From contig NZ_KB889665.1 in assembly GCF_000372745.1 (NCBI RefSeq), forward strand, positions 125,433-149,432: DNA of 24,000 nt. The letters run 5' to 3'. The DNA is from Embleya scabrispora DSM 41855 (GTDB lineage Bacteria > Actinomycetota > Actinomycetes > Streptomycetales > Streptomycetaceae). Position numbers and translations under genes: made by a program. The notes under the pieces were generated by a model. The model was given only the letters and a program-made list of their open reading frames with translations, was not told where the DNA came from and did not search any database. Below are positions 1-8,226 of the stretch, one piece after another (position 1 is the first letter of the stretch; each line of letters starts with the position of its first letter).

Positions 1-1
1 G

Positions 2-196
2 ACCGGCGGTGTGTCCGTTCAATACCTGCGGCCGGCGCTCGGCGCCGTGTTGCGCGCCGAGGCACGAATCGTGCACTCCGGACGCCGCCAGGCGGTCTGC
101 GACTGCGACCTGATCATGTCGGCCACCGACGGCAGCGAGACGGTCTGTGCGATCGGCCGGGGCACGGTGCTGGTGGTCGACGGCACCGCCGACTGA
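2..196 (+). CDS. C-terminal fragment of a hotdog-fold (PaaI/YdiI-type) acyl-CoA thioesterase; the 5' end lies outside the window
   Basis: The frame is open from the window edge to TGA at 194-196. The tail VQYLRPALGAVLRAEARIVHSGRRQAVCDCDL...AIGRGTVLV fits the PaaI-like pattern (fLRPa..G.l.AeA.vvh.Gr). It sits directly upstream of an acyl-CoA ligase and PaaX. Confidence 0.6.
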   Translation, partial: TGGVSVQYLRPALGAVLRAEARIVHSGRRQAVCDCDLIMSATDGSETVCAIGRGTVLVVDGTAD

Positions 197-337
197 CGGG
201 CCACCGCGAGTCACCGCGGCCCATCGCCGGCTCGCCTGCCGCCTGCCGCCTGCCGGGGCAAGGGGATGTCCTCGTGGACGAATGTCGCGTACCGTTGACT
301 GTCGTCACGATGGCAACAGGATGATGAGGTGCCGGCC

Positions 338-1990
338 ATGGAGCTCCGTCCCTCCGCGCACGTCGACACGTTCTCCCGGGATCGGCTGCCGCCGGTCGAG
401 CAGTGGCCCGAGCTGATCTTCGAGCTGCCGGAAGTGCGCTATCCGGACCGGCTCAACTGCGCGGTGGCGCTGCTCGACGACACCATCGCGCGCCACGGGT
501 CGGACCGGCGGTGCCTGCTCACCGCCGACGAGACCTGGACCTACGGCGACCTGCTCACCCGGGCCAACCAGGTCGCCCACGTCCTGACCGAGGACCTCGG
601 CGTGGTGCCCGGCAACCGGGTCCTGTTGCGCGGCCCCAACAACCCCTGGCTGGTCGCCGGTTGGTTCGGAGCGCTGAAGGCCGGCGCGGTCGTGGTGACC
701 ACCATGCCGCTGCTGCGCGCCCACGAACTCGACGCCATCCACGAGATCGGCCGACCCACCGCCGCACTGTGCGACCACCGCTTCACCGCCGAACTCGACG
801 CGGCCGAAACGCCCGGCCTGCGCGTACTGACCTACGGCGGGCCCGGCGAGGACACGCTGGCCGCCCGCTGCGCCGCCAAGAGCACCGTGTTCGAGGCGGT
901 GGACACCGCGTGCGACGACGTCGCGCTGATCGCGTTCACCTCCGGGACCACCGGGCGGCCCAAGGCCACGATGCACTTCCACCGGGACGTGCTCGCGATC
1001 GCCGACACCTTCTCCGCGCACGTCGTGCGCCCCGAGCCCACCGACCTGTTCACCGGCACCCCGCCGCTGGGCTTCACCTTCGGCCTCGGCGGGCTGGTGG
1101 TGTTTCCGCTGCGGGCGGGCTCGGCCACGTTGCTCCTGGAGCGCGCGACTCCCGAGGAACTCGCCGCCGTCGTCGCCGAGCGAGGGGTCACCGTACTGTT
1201 CACCGCACCGACCGCCTACCGGGCCATCCTCGGCGCCGGACTCGCCGACCTGCTCGCGGGCGTGCGGCGCTGCGTGTCCGCCGGCGAGGCGCTGCCGGTC
1301 GGCGTGTGGCAGGCGTATCGCGACGCGATCGGGACGCGGATCATCGACGGGATCGGCGCGACCGAAATGCTGCACGTGTTCGTCTCCGCCGCCGACGACG
1401 CGATCCGGCCGGGGGCGACCGGGCTGCCGGTGCCGGGCTATCGGGCCGTCGTCCTGGGGCCGGACGGCAAACCGGTTGCGGACGGCACGCCCGGGCAACT
1501 CGCGGTCAAGGGCCCGACCGGGTGCCGATACCTCGACGATGCGCGCCAGTTCGACTACGTGCGCGACGGCTGGAACATCACCGGCGACACCTACATCCGC
1601 GACGCCGACGGCTATCTCTGGTACCAGGCCCGCAGCGACGACATGATCGTCTCGTCCGGCTACAACATCGCCGGCCCCGAGGTCGAGGCGGTGCTGTGCA
1701 CCCACCCGGACGTGGCCGAGTGCGGGGTGGTCGGCGCCGTCGACGAGCGGCGCGGCATGGTGGTCAAGGCATACGTGGTGCTGCACCCGGGGGTGACCGC
1801 GGACGAGGCTACGGCGCGCGCGCTCCAGACGTTCGTGAAGCAGACCATGGCACCGTACAAGTACCCGCGGTCGGTCGAGTTCGTGCCCGAGTTGCCGCGC
1901 ACCGACACGGGCAAGCTGCGGCGCGGCGAACTGCGTCGGCGCGCGGCCGAGGGTACGCCGGTAGCCGAGGCGGGACCGGCTCCCGGATAG
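338..1990 (+). CDS. AMP-dependent aryl/acyl-CoA ligase (adenylate-forming family, benzoate/aminobenzoate-CoA-ligase-like)
   Basis: AMP-binding signature FTSGTTGRPKATMH, plus the downstream GDTY and SSGYNI(A)GPEVE core motifs and the C-terminal PRTDTGKLRR lysine motif. GC3 is high. ATG 338 is preceded by GAGGTG at 326-331. The ORF track offers an in-frame GTG at 329 as an alternative start. Stop is TAG 1988-1990. Confidence 0.9.
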   Translation: MELRPSAHVDTFSRDRLPPVEQWPELIFELPEVRYPDRLNCAVALLDDTIARHGSDRRCLLTADETWTYGDLLTRANQVAHVLTEDLGVVPGNRVLLRGPNNPWLVAGWFGALKAGAVVVTTMPLLRAHELDAIHEIGRPTAALCDHRFTAELDAAETPGLRVLTYGGPGEDTLAARCAAKSTVFEAVDTACDDVALIAFTSGTTGRPKATMHFHRDVLAIADTFSAHVVRPEPTDLFTGTPPLGFTFGLGGLVVFPLRAGSATLLLERATPEELAAVVAERGVTVLFTAPTAYRAILGAGLADLLAGVRRCVSAGEALPVGVWQAYRDAIGTRIIDGIGATEMLHVFVSAADDAIRPGATGLPVPGYRAVVLGPDGKPVADGTPGQLAVKGPTGCRYLDDARQFDYVRDGWNITGDTYIRDADGYLWYQARSDDMIVSSGYNIAGPEVEAVLCTHPDVAECGVVGAVDERRGMVVKAYVVLHPGVTADEATARALQTFVKQTMAPYKYPRSVEFVPELPRTDTGKLRRGELRRRAAEGTPVAEAGPAPG

Positions 1991-2027
1991 GATCGCCGGC
2001 GAACCAGACTCCGCGAGGAAGGCGACC

Positions 2028-2879
2028 ATGGCGGAGACCCCGGCCCGGCCCAGTTCGTTGATCAACACCGTGTACGGCGCGTTCGTGCGTGGTCTCGGCG
2101 GGTGGATCTCGATCGCCGACCTGATCGTGTTGATGGGCGAACTCGGCGTGGACGCACCGGCGGTGCGATCGGCGATCTCGCGGCTGAAGAAGCGCGGCAC
2201 GCTCACCCAGGAGCGGCGGGACGGCACCGGGTATCGGCTCAGTCCGGCGATGGAGTCGATCTTCGACGAGGGCGATCGGCGGATCTTCGGCAACCTGGAG
2301 CCGGCGCGGCTGGAGGACGGCTGGGTGCTGGCGATCTTCTCGGTGCCCGAGTCCGAGCGCGCGCATCGTCACCAACTGCGGTCGCGGCTGACCTGGCTGG
2401 GCTTCGGCAATGTGTCGCCGGGGGTGTGGATCGCGCCGGCCCGGCTCCTGGAGGACGCGCGGCGCACCCTGGTTCGGGTCGAACTCGCGGACTACGTACA
2501 CCTGTTCACCGGCGATGCGGCGTTCGCGCAGTTGGGCTCCGCCGTCGGGGACTGGTGGGATTTCGAGGCGATCGAGGAGCAGTACGCGCTGTTCACCGAC
2601 GAGTACGGGCCGGCCGCTGCCGAACTCGTGCGGCGGCCGGTGGTGGACACGGTCGATGCGTTTCGCACTTACGTGCCGATGTTGACGCAATGGCGGCGGT
2701 TGCCGTATCTGGATCCGGGGTTGCCTGCGGAGCTGTTGCCGGCGGATTGGAATGCGGTGGAGGCTCGGAAGGTGTTTCTCTCCCTGCACTCGCTCCTTGC
2801 GGAGGGGGCGAGGGGGCACGTTCGGGAGGTTGCCGGGTTGGCCTCGAGCACCGGCCGGGCTGATGGGGTTTTTGGCTGA
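2028..2879 (+). CDS. paaX: PaaX-family transcriptional repressor (phenylacetyl-CoA-responsive type)
   Basis: N-terminal winged-helix region SLINTVYGAFVRGLGGWISIADLIVLMGELGVDAPAVRSAISRLKKRG and overall length (283 aa) are typical of PaaX. Stop is TGA 2877-2879. Confidence 0.85.
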   Translation: MAETPARPSSLINTVYGAFVRGLGGWISIADLIVLMGELGVDAPAVRSAISRLKKRGTLTQERRDGTGYRLSPAMESIFDEGDRRIFGNLEPARLEDGWVLAIFSVPESERAHRHQLRSRLTWLGFGNVSPGVWIAPARLLEDARRTLVRVELADYVHLFTGDAAFAQLGSAVGDWWDFEAIEEQYALFTDEYGPAAAELVRRPVVDTVDAFRTYVPMLTQWRRLPYLDPGLPAELLPADWNAVEARKVFLSLHSLLAEGARGHVREVAGLASSTGRADGVFG

Positions 2880-2983
2880 CCTCAGGCGCCGGCCGGGCTG
2901 GGCGGCCTCAAGCGCCGGCCGGGCTGGGCGGCCTCAAGCGCCGGCCGGGCTGAGTGGCCTCAGGCGCCGGCCGGGCTGGGCTC
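2842..2983. repeat. 26-bp tandem repeat array: four contiguous units, plus one degenerate unit inside the paaX 3' end
   Basis: Units CCTCAGGCGCCGGCCGGGCTGGGCGG at 2880-2905, 2906-2931, 2932-2957 and 2958-2983, with 1-3 mismatches each. A degenerate copy (20 of 26 matches by my alignment) lies at 2842-2867 within paaX. Each unit contains the palindromic core CCGGCCGG. The array lies between the convergent paaX and esterase genes. Confidence 0.9.
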
Positions 2984-3032
2984 GGGTGTCGGTTGGGTTG
3001 TGGTGGGTTTGCCGGTGTTTGAGGTGGGGTGG

Positions 3033-4127
3033 TCAGGTCATGGATTTGGTCAGCCAGCGGAAGACGTCGGGGACCATTCGGCGCCAGACGTCGGTGCCGT
3101 GGCCGCCGCCGCCGATTTCGGCGAGGGTTATGGCGGTGGGGGGTTTGGCGGCGGCTTTCAGGGCCTGGGCGTCGCCGTAGCCGTCGCCCTTTTCGCCGGC
3201 CAGGTAGAGGGAGACCTTCGGGGGCTGGGGGGCGCCCTTGAGGATGGTCAGCGGGTTCGCCGACACGCGCAGTGCCGGGTCCTTGGACGTGACCGAGTCG
3301 GACTCGCCCTTGGGGTCGTTGTAACCGGACAGGCTCACGCCCGCGCCGTAACGGTCCGGGTGCAGCAGCGCCATTCGGACCGCGCAGTGACCGCCGGCCG
3401 AGTAGCCCGCGATGGCCCAGTGCTTGGGGTCGGTCTCGGCGCGGAAGTTGTCGATCACCATGCGGCGCACGTCGCCGGAGATCCAGGTGTCCGCGTTGGC
3501 CTTGCCGGGCACGTCCGCGCAGCCGGTGTCCTCGTTGCCCGCGAGCAGCTTGGTCCGCGGCGAGACCAGGATGAACGGCGCCACCTCGCCCTTGTTCATC
3601 AGGTTCTTGAGCTGGCTGTTGACGTCCAGCGTGCCGAACCACGCCTTGGCCGAGCCCGGGTAGCCGGGCAGCAGCTCGACGACGGGGAACTTCTTGTCCG
3701 CGAACGCCGGGTCCTTGTACTGCGGCGGCAGCCACACGTAGACCTCGGCCTCGACGGCCGACTGCGGGCCCTTGAGGTTGGTCTGCTGGACGCCGTCGCC
3801 CATCTTGCCGTCGGAGGCGGGCTCGAACTTGCTGACCAGTTTGTGCTCGGGCGCAGGCGGCGGGGCCGGTTCGCGGGCCTCGGTCACGTGGCCGCCACCG
3901 GTGCCCAGGAAGTCGTCCCAGGTGTCGTAGAGGCTGTTCGCGTTGTTGACCATCACGAAGACCATCAGGATGGCCGTCGCCTGGCACGTGACCAGCATGA
4001 ACAGCCGGCCGACGACCTTGACGGGCTTCGGCCCGGGAATGCGGTTCCACGCGACCAGCGCCAGCACGAGGGCGGCGATGGCCAGCACGATGGTCGTTAT
4101 ATAGAAGGGAGTACCGGTCAGGCTCAC
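3033..4127 (-). CDS. Membrane-anchored esterase-family alpha/beta hydrolase (esterase D / mycolyltransferase-like fold)
   Basis: Two N-terminal hydrophobic segments (FYITTIVLAIAALVLALVAW and MLVTCQATAILMVFVMV). The hydrolase body carries YVWLPPQYKDPAFADKKFPVVELLPGYPGS and the nucleophile elbow GYSAGG. It is a paralogue of the next gene. Confidence 0.8.
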   Translation of the reverse strand: MSLTGTPFYITTIVLAIAALVLALVAWNRIPGPKPVKVVGRLFMLVTCQATAILMVFVMVNNANSLYDTWDDFLGTGGGHVTEAREPAPPPAPEHKLVSKFEPASDGKMGDGVQQTNLKGPQSAVEAEVYVWLPPQYKDPAFADKKFPVVELLPGYPGSAKAWFGTLDVNSQLKNLMNKGEVAPFILVSPRTKLLAGNEDTGCADVPGKANADTWISGDVRRMVIDNFRAETDPKHWAIAGYSAGGHCAVRMALLHPDRYGAGVSLSGYNDPKGESDSVTSKDPALRVSANPLTILKGAPQPPKVSLYLAGEKGDGYGDAQALKAAAKPPTAITLAEIGGGGHGTDVWRRMVPDVFRWLTKSMT

Positions 4128-4167
4128 TGTGGTCTTCCAGGGGGATTCAGCGACGATCCGGACACGG

Positions 4168-5181
4168 TCAGTCGGCGGTGGGCGGGGACATGTGTCGGCC
4201 GAGCCAGCCGAGCAGATCCGGGATCATCTTCTTGAAGTGCACGGTCAGATGCCTACCGGCGGGCTGCTCGTAATACTCGATGCGTACGGGTGGTGCGGCC
4301 TTCGCGACGAACGCCTTGACCAGACGGACCTCGCCCGCGTCCGCGCCGCCCGCGGTCGCGAGCACGTCGATGTCGGCCTTGCCCGCCGCGATCAGCTTCT
4401 CCGGGCTGTTGGCGAGCCGCTCGGCCTCGTAGCCCTTCCACAGCGGAGAATCCGGGTTGAAGTAGCCGTCGATCGGCACGGCGACCTTGAACCGATCCGG
4501 GTTCTGGAGCGCGAGCTTCATGCTGCAGAACGCTCCGGTGGACGCACCCATCACCCCCCACCCGGCGGGGTCGCGCAGGGTGCGGAAATTGGCCTTGACC
4601 ATGTCGGGGATGTCCTGTGCCATCCAGGTGCCCATCTTGGGCTGTCCCGGGATGTCACTGCAGTCGAGGCTGCGCTTCTCGTCCTTCTCCAGGTTCTGCA
4701 CCGGCATCACCATGATGAACGGATGGGTCGTGCCGGCCCGGCTCTGACGTACGGCCTCCTCCTGGATCGGCAACTGGTTGTCGGCCCAGGTGTTGTAGCC
4801 ACTGCTCTGGCCACCCGCGTAGAGCGTGAGCACCGGGAAGCCGTGCTTCGCGAACGCCGGGTCGTTGTACTCCGGCGGCAGCCACACCCACACCTTGCCG
4901 GTGACACCCGACTTGGGGCCGGTGTACGAGGTCATCAGGATCGGCCCGACCGGTGAGGTCGTGGCGGTCGTGAAGTTCGTCGTGGGGCCGGTCGGCATGA
5001 CGACCTTGCTCGGCTTGGCGGGCGGCCTCGGCGCGCCGCCCGACTGGGACGGCGCCACCGTGGACCTGGCGTGTTCGGCCGTCGTGTCACCGGACGAGCC
5101 GCACGCGGACGCGGCCACCGCGAGCAGTACGGCACCGACCAATGCCGTCGCGCGACGACGGCGTGCGGAAAGGGAGTTCAA
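4168..5181 (-). CDS. Secreted or lipoprotein esterase-family alpha/beta hydrolase (paralogue of 3033-4127)
   Basis: Signal peptide with a lipobox-like AASAC|G (MNSLSARRRRATALVGAVLLAVAASACGS). It shares the block WVWLPPEYNDPAFAKHGFPVLTLYAGG with the neighbour and has a GxSxG elbow, GASTGA. Confidence 0.8.
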   Translation of the reverse strand: MNSLSARRRRATALVGAVLLAVAASACGSSGDTTAEHARSTVAPSQSGGAPRPPAKPSKVVMPTGPTTNFTTATTSPVGPILMTSYTGPKSGVTGKVWVWLPPEYNDPAFAKHGFPVLTLYAGGQSSGYNTWADNQLPIQEEAVRQSRAGTTHPFIMVMPVQNLEKDEKRSLDCSDIPGQPKMGTWMAQDIPDMVKANFRTLRDPAGWGVMGASTGAFCSMKLALQNPDRFKVAVPIDGYFNPDSPLWKGYEAERLANSPEKLIAAGKADIDVLATAGGADAGEVRLVKAFVAKAAPPVRIEYYEQPAGRHLTVHFKKMIPDLLGWLGRHMSPPTAD

Positions 5182-5338
5182 GGGAAAGGCTCCGGCAGGC
5201 GTCAGGGAGTGCTGTTGTCAAAAACGACCCTAACCGGACAGCGAGACGGTCATTCGACGGCTCTGTAACAGCCGTCCATCGATCGGCGGGACGAAAACAG
5301 CGTTTTCGTGATTTTACCGTGACCGAGTCATCCCTTCG

Positions 5339-6022
5339 GTGGAGCCACGCGTGACTTTTACCGACGGCGAGGGTACGGGCGACAACGCCGTCGGCCGCCA
5401 TCAGGAGTTGCGCTTGTCTTTCACCGCGCCCGTCCCGCGACCCCCCTCCCCGGATTCGAGCACGAGTTCGAGGTCGGGGTCGATACCGCGTACGCACGGC
5501 CTGCGCGCGACGATCGTGGTGGTCCTCGTGATGGCGTTCCTGATCGCGATCCCGTACCTGCTCAACCGCTCCGTCATCGGCGCCGCGCCGGTGCGCGCCG
5601 GTCAGGTGGTCACACTGGGCGCCTTTCGCTACCAGCCGGCGCCCGGCTGGCAGATCGACCGGGGTGCCTCCCAGGCCGATCTGGTCAGCGTGTTGGTCAA
5701 GGGCGCGACCACGTACCGGCTGACCCCGCTGGGTCGGCAGTCCTCGGCGGCGGGCGCGTTCAAGGCGGCGGCGCGCCGTTACGAGGCGACCGGACGCGGG
5801 CGGATCGGCGGCGACCCGGCCTCGGTGACCACCGCCCGCGGGCTCGCCGGCCTGGTCGCGCCGATCAGTGGGAACACCGTGGCCGGCACGCTCACCGTCC
5901 TGGTCGCCGGCGGTCAGGGCCTGGGGGTCTCGCTCACCGCTCGGCACACCGCGCCGCTGACCGAGGCCATCGCCGACGACGTGGCGACCATGCTGGACTC
6001 GGTGGAGGTGGCCGACTCGTGA
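5339..6022 (+). CDS. Single-pass membrane protein of unknown function, translationally coupled to the PrsW-like protease
   Basis: Pro/Ser-rich N-terminus, one TM helix (TIVVVLVMAFLIAIPYLL) and an extracytoplasmic domain of about 150 aa. GC3 is high. Its stop TGA (6020-6022) overlaps the next gene's GTG (6019) in a GTGA junction. The start is uncertain: GTG 5339 or in-frame GTG 5351. Confidence 0.6.
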   Translation: MEPRVTFTDGEGTGDNAVGRHQELRLSFTAPVPRPPSPDSSTSSRSGSIPRTHGLRATIVVVLVMAFLIAIPYLLNRSVIGAAPVRAGQVVTLGAFRYQPAPGWQIDRGASQADLVSVLVKGATTYRLTPLGRQSSAAGAFKAAARRYEATGRGRIGGDPASVTTARGLAGLVAPISGNTVAGTLTVLVAGGQGLGVSLTARHTAPLTEAIADDVATMLDSVEVADS

Positions 6023-7260
6023 GCGTGGCTCCGCTGACCGATCGCCGGGGCCGTCGGGACGCGGGCAGCATCGTGCAGCCCGCGCGCGCGGCGTTTTGGC
6101 TGTATCCGATCGTGCTCGCGCTCGGCGCCGCGAGCGTGGTGCCCAACTTCGTCCGGCTCTCCTCGGCGGCGCCCTCCGGCGCGCTCGGGCTGAGCGCGCT
6201 GATCCACACGTTGTGGCTGATCCCGGCGCTCGCGGTAATCACCCATCTGGACCTGTTCGAGCGCGAGCCGCTGTCGTTCTGCGTGGCCGCGGTGCTCTGG
6301 GGCGGCGTGGTGGCGACCGGATTCGCGCTCGTGGCCAACGACAACGTGCTCAGCTATCTGTCCAAGCTGGATCCGAAGTTCGCCACCGACTGGGGCGCTT
6401 CGATCTCGGCGCCGGTGATCGAGGAGACGCTCAAACTGCTCGGCGTGGTGGTGTTGATCCTGATCAACCGCCGAGTCTTCGAGAGTGTGCTCGACGGCTT
6501 CGTCTTCGGCGCGCTGGTCGGCCTCGGGTTCCAGGTGGTCGAGAACGTGATGTACGCGCTGAACGCGGCGATCCAGGCGGGCGAGACGTGGACCGCCGGC
6601 GTCGTGGTCAGCTTCTTCGTCCGCGCCGTCGTCAACGGGTTGTGGAGCCACGCGGCGTTCACCGCGATGACCGGCGCGGGCGTGGCGTACGTGGTCGTCG
6701 GCGTGCGGCGGCCGATCGCGGTACGGCTCGCGGCGGCCGGCGCGCTGTACACGGTCGCCTGGGCCCTGCACTTCGTGAACAACTCGCCGATCCTGGAGAT
6801 CGTCCTGGAGCGCACCGACTGGTATCTGACCATCGTGCAGATCGTGCTCAACGGGCTGGTCGTGCTCGCCATCGCGCGCTTCGTCTACCGGCTCGCGGCC
6901 CGGCAGGAGTATCGCTGGTTCGCGCGCGCCGTGGGCGACGAGCCGGACCTGCTGCCGTTGCGTGAACTCGCCGCGCTCGCCTCGAACAAGACCCGCAAGG
7001 AAGCGGTGGAGGCGGCCCGGCGCGAACACGGCCGCAAGGCGGCCCGGGCGCAGAGCCGGTTGCAGCGCGCCCAGTTGGGCTACGGTGTCGCGCTCGCCCG
7101 CTCCGCCGACCCGGACACCGATCCCGGCGTGGCCCGCTGGCACCGCCGGATCGACCGGGCCCGAGCCCAGGTGGTGGCCGCCGACGCGGAACCGCCCGAG
7201 TCGCCCGAAGCGCCGACGCCACATGAGAAGGTGCGCCGCGAACTGCCGGACGTGCCTTAG
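6019..7260 (+). CDS. PrsW-family intramembrane glutamic-type protease with a long cytoplasmic C-terminal tail
   Basis: Multi-pass membrane protein with the PrsW signature set: APVIEETLK (EExxK), GFVFGALVGLGFQVVEN (FxxxE), WSHAAFT and ALHFVNN (HxxxN). The C-terminal tail of about 120 aa is charged and coiled-coil-like. Stop is TAG 7258-7260. Confidence 0.8.
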   Translation: MSVAPLTDRRGRRDAGSIVQPARAAFWLYPIVLALGAASVVPNFVRLSSAAPSGALGLSALIHTLWLIPALAVITHLDLFEREPLSFCVAAVLWGGVVATGFALVANDNVLSYLSKLDPKFATDWGASISAPVIEETLKLLGVVVLILINRRVFESVLDGFVFGALVGLGFQVVENVMYALNAAIQAGETWTAGVVVSFFVRAVVNGLWSHAAFTAMTGAGVAYVVVGVRRPIAVRLAAAGALYTVAWALHFVNNSPILEIVLERTDWYLTIVQIVLNGLVVLAIARFVYRLAARQEYRWFARAVGDEPDLLPLRELAALASNKTRKEAVEAARREHGRKAARAQSRLQRAQLGYGVALARSADPDTDPGVARWHRRIDRARAQVVAADAEPPESPEAPTPHEKVRRELPDVP

Positions 7261-7313
7261 GCCGGCCGCGGTCGTCGACGGCCTCGCCCGGTCGGGAGCG
7301 GGCCGGATCCGGC

Positions 7314-7348
7314 CGGCGTCGGGCCGCCGTCGTGGCGGCCCGACGCCG
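7314..7348. terminator. Strong GC hairpin between convergent genes (bidirectional terminator candidate)
   Basis: A 12-bp perfect stem, CGTCGGGCCGCC (7317-7328) pairing with GGCGGCCCGACG (7334-7345), with loop GTCGT. Three more pairs extend it (7314-7316 with 7346-7348). It lies between the PrsW stop (7260) and the minus-strand stop (7365). There is no U-tract. Confidence 0.55.
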
Positions 7349-7364
7349 ATCCGGATGCGGTCGG

Positions 7365-7586
7365 TCAGCGACAGGTGTGCGAGTCCGGCGCGGTGTGCCG
7401 GTTCGCCTGACGAGGCCATTCGGTGTCCTGCGTCCACGCCGTCTCGTTCGGATCGGTGAGCCGGTCCTCGCGCAGCAGGTCCCTCGGTGCGGTGCTGAGA
7501 TCACGACGGCCGAGTGAACGCACCACCAGGAGCACGGTCAGTCCGAGCAGACACGCGGACACGGCGAGCACGACGAGTCCGTCCAT
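7365..7586 (-). CDS. Small membrane protein (73 aa), unknown function
   Basis: N-terminal TM helix LVVLAVSACLLGLTVLLVV. A strong SD (GGGAGGAG) lies a few nt upstream of ATG (complement of 7584-7586). Confidence 0.55.
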   Translation of the reverse strand: MDGLVVLAVSACLLGLTVLLVVRSLGRRDLSTAPRDLLREDRLTDPNETAWTQDTEWPRQANRHTAPDSHTCR

Positions 7587-7696
7587 GGTGCTCCTCCCTA
7601 CCTACCTATAGGGCAGTTGCCCTCCATGGTCCCGTGCGAAGCCGACATTGTGAACCCGACGCAGATGAACACCGGGCGACGGGTTGTGCCGTGTGG

Positions 7697-8071
7697 TCAC
7701 CGGGCGTCCGGGGGGTCGGTGTCGGCCGTGATCCGCCGCTGTCGTTCGGTTCCCGTATCGAAGAACGCGTCCAGGTACTCGGTTGGTTCCAGGGGGCTGT
7801 CCCGGGCCAGCGAGAAGACCTCCATGCCGTGTCCGACGTGCGTGTCGAACAGCCGGAACGCCTGTGCCAGACCGAGGTATTCGGCATCGTTCACGGCGCG
7901 GGCGTATTCCAGGGCGTCGGCCTCGGCCAGTGCGATGGCCTCGGCGAAGCTGCCGGCGCGCCACAACGTGATGCGTTCCTCGTAGATGTCCGGCTGATGA
8001 TGGAACAGACAGCGGACGGAGTGCCAGGCGGGGTCCTCGGTGTGCGTCGGGGTGTCAGGCGATTCGGTCAC
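7697..8071 (-). CDS. Hypothetical cytoplasmic protein (124 aa); possibly DUF4288-like, family assignment from memory only
   Basis: Non-repetitive, acidic, globular-looking sequence ([42 protein letters not shown]) with high GC3. No catalytic motif recognised. Confidence 0.5.
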   Translation of the reverse strand: MTESPDTPTHTEDPAWHSVRCLFHHQPDIYEERITLWRAGSFAEAIALAEADALEYARAVNDAEYLGLAQAFRLFDTHVGHGMEVFSLARDSPLEPTEYLDAFFDTGTERQRRITADTDPPDAR

Positions 8072-8226
8072 GCGGCCGAGTGTGCCGGCGCCCGGTCACG
8101 GGTTCGGCACGTTTGCCCTTCGGGACCGGTACGCCCACACACCCTCGCGGACACCCCGCACCTCGTGCACGTGTTCGGCGTCGAATGAGGTTGGGCGGGG
8201 GTCGGTGGCCCGGTGAGAATGGCCGG

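Noticed and set aside
305-2293. 662-aa minus-strand ORF and the 552-aa plus-strand alternative frame (403-2061) over the ligase gene.
   Set aside because: Both are low-complexity Arg/Pro/Gly-rich shadows. The 329/338-1990 frame carries the full AMP-binding motif set. The same reasoning rejects 1809-2819(-), 2102-2863(+), 2908-4050(-), 3000-4235(+), 4129-4956(+), 5087-5947(-), 5914-7437(-), 6096-6965(+), 8068-8997(-), 8274-9038(+), 9049-10329(+), 9545-10889(-), 10925-12295(-), 12010-13146(-), 12402-14021(+), 14861-15661(-), 18024-18923(+), 18421-19704(-), 19245-20180(+), 20274-21359(+), 21538-22398(+) and 22350-23963(-).
2880-2983. A CRISPR array; the same question applies to 14888-14938.
   Set aside because: The repeats are directly abutting with no spacers, the units are 26 bp and 7 bp, and there are no cas genes. 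They are a minisatellite and a microsatellite.
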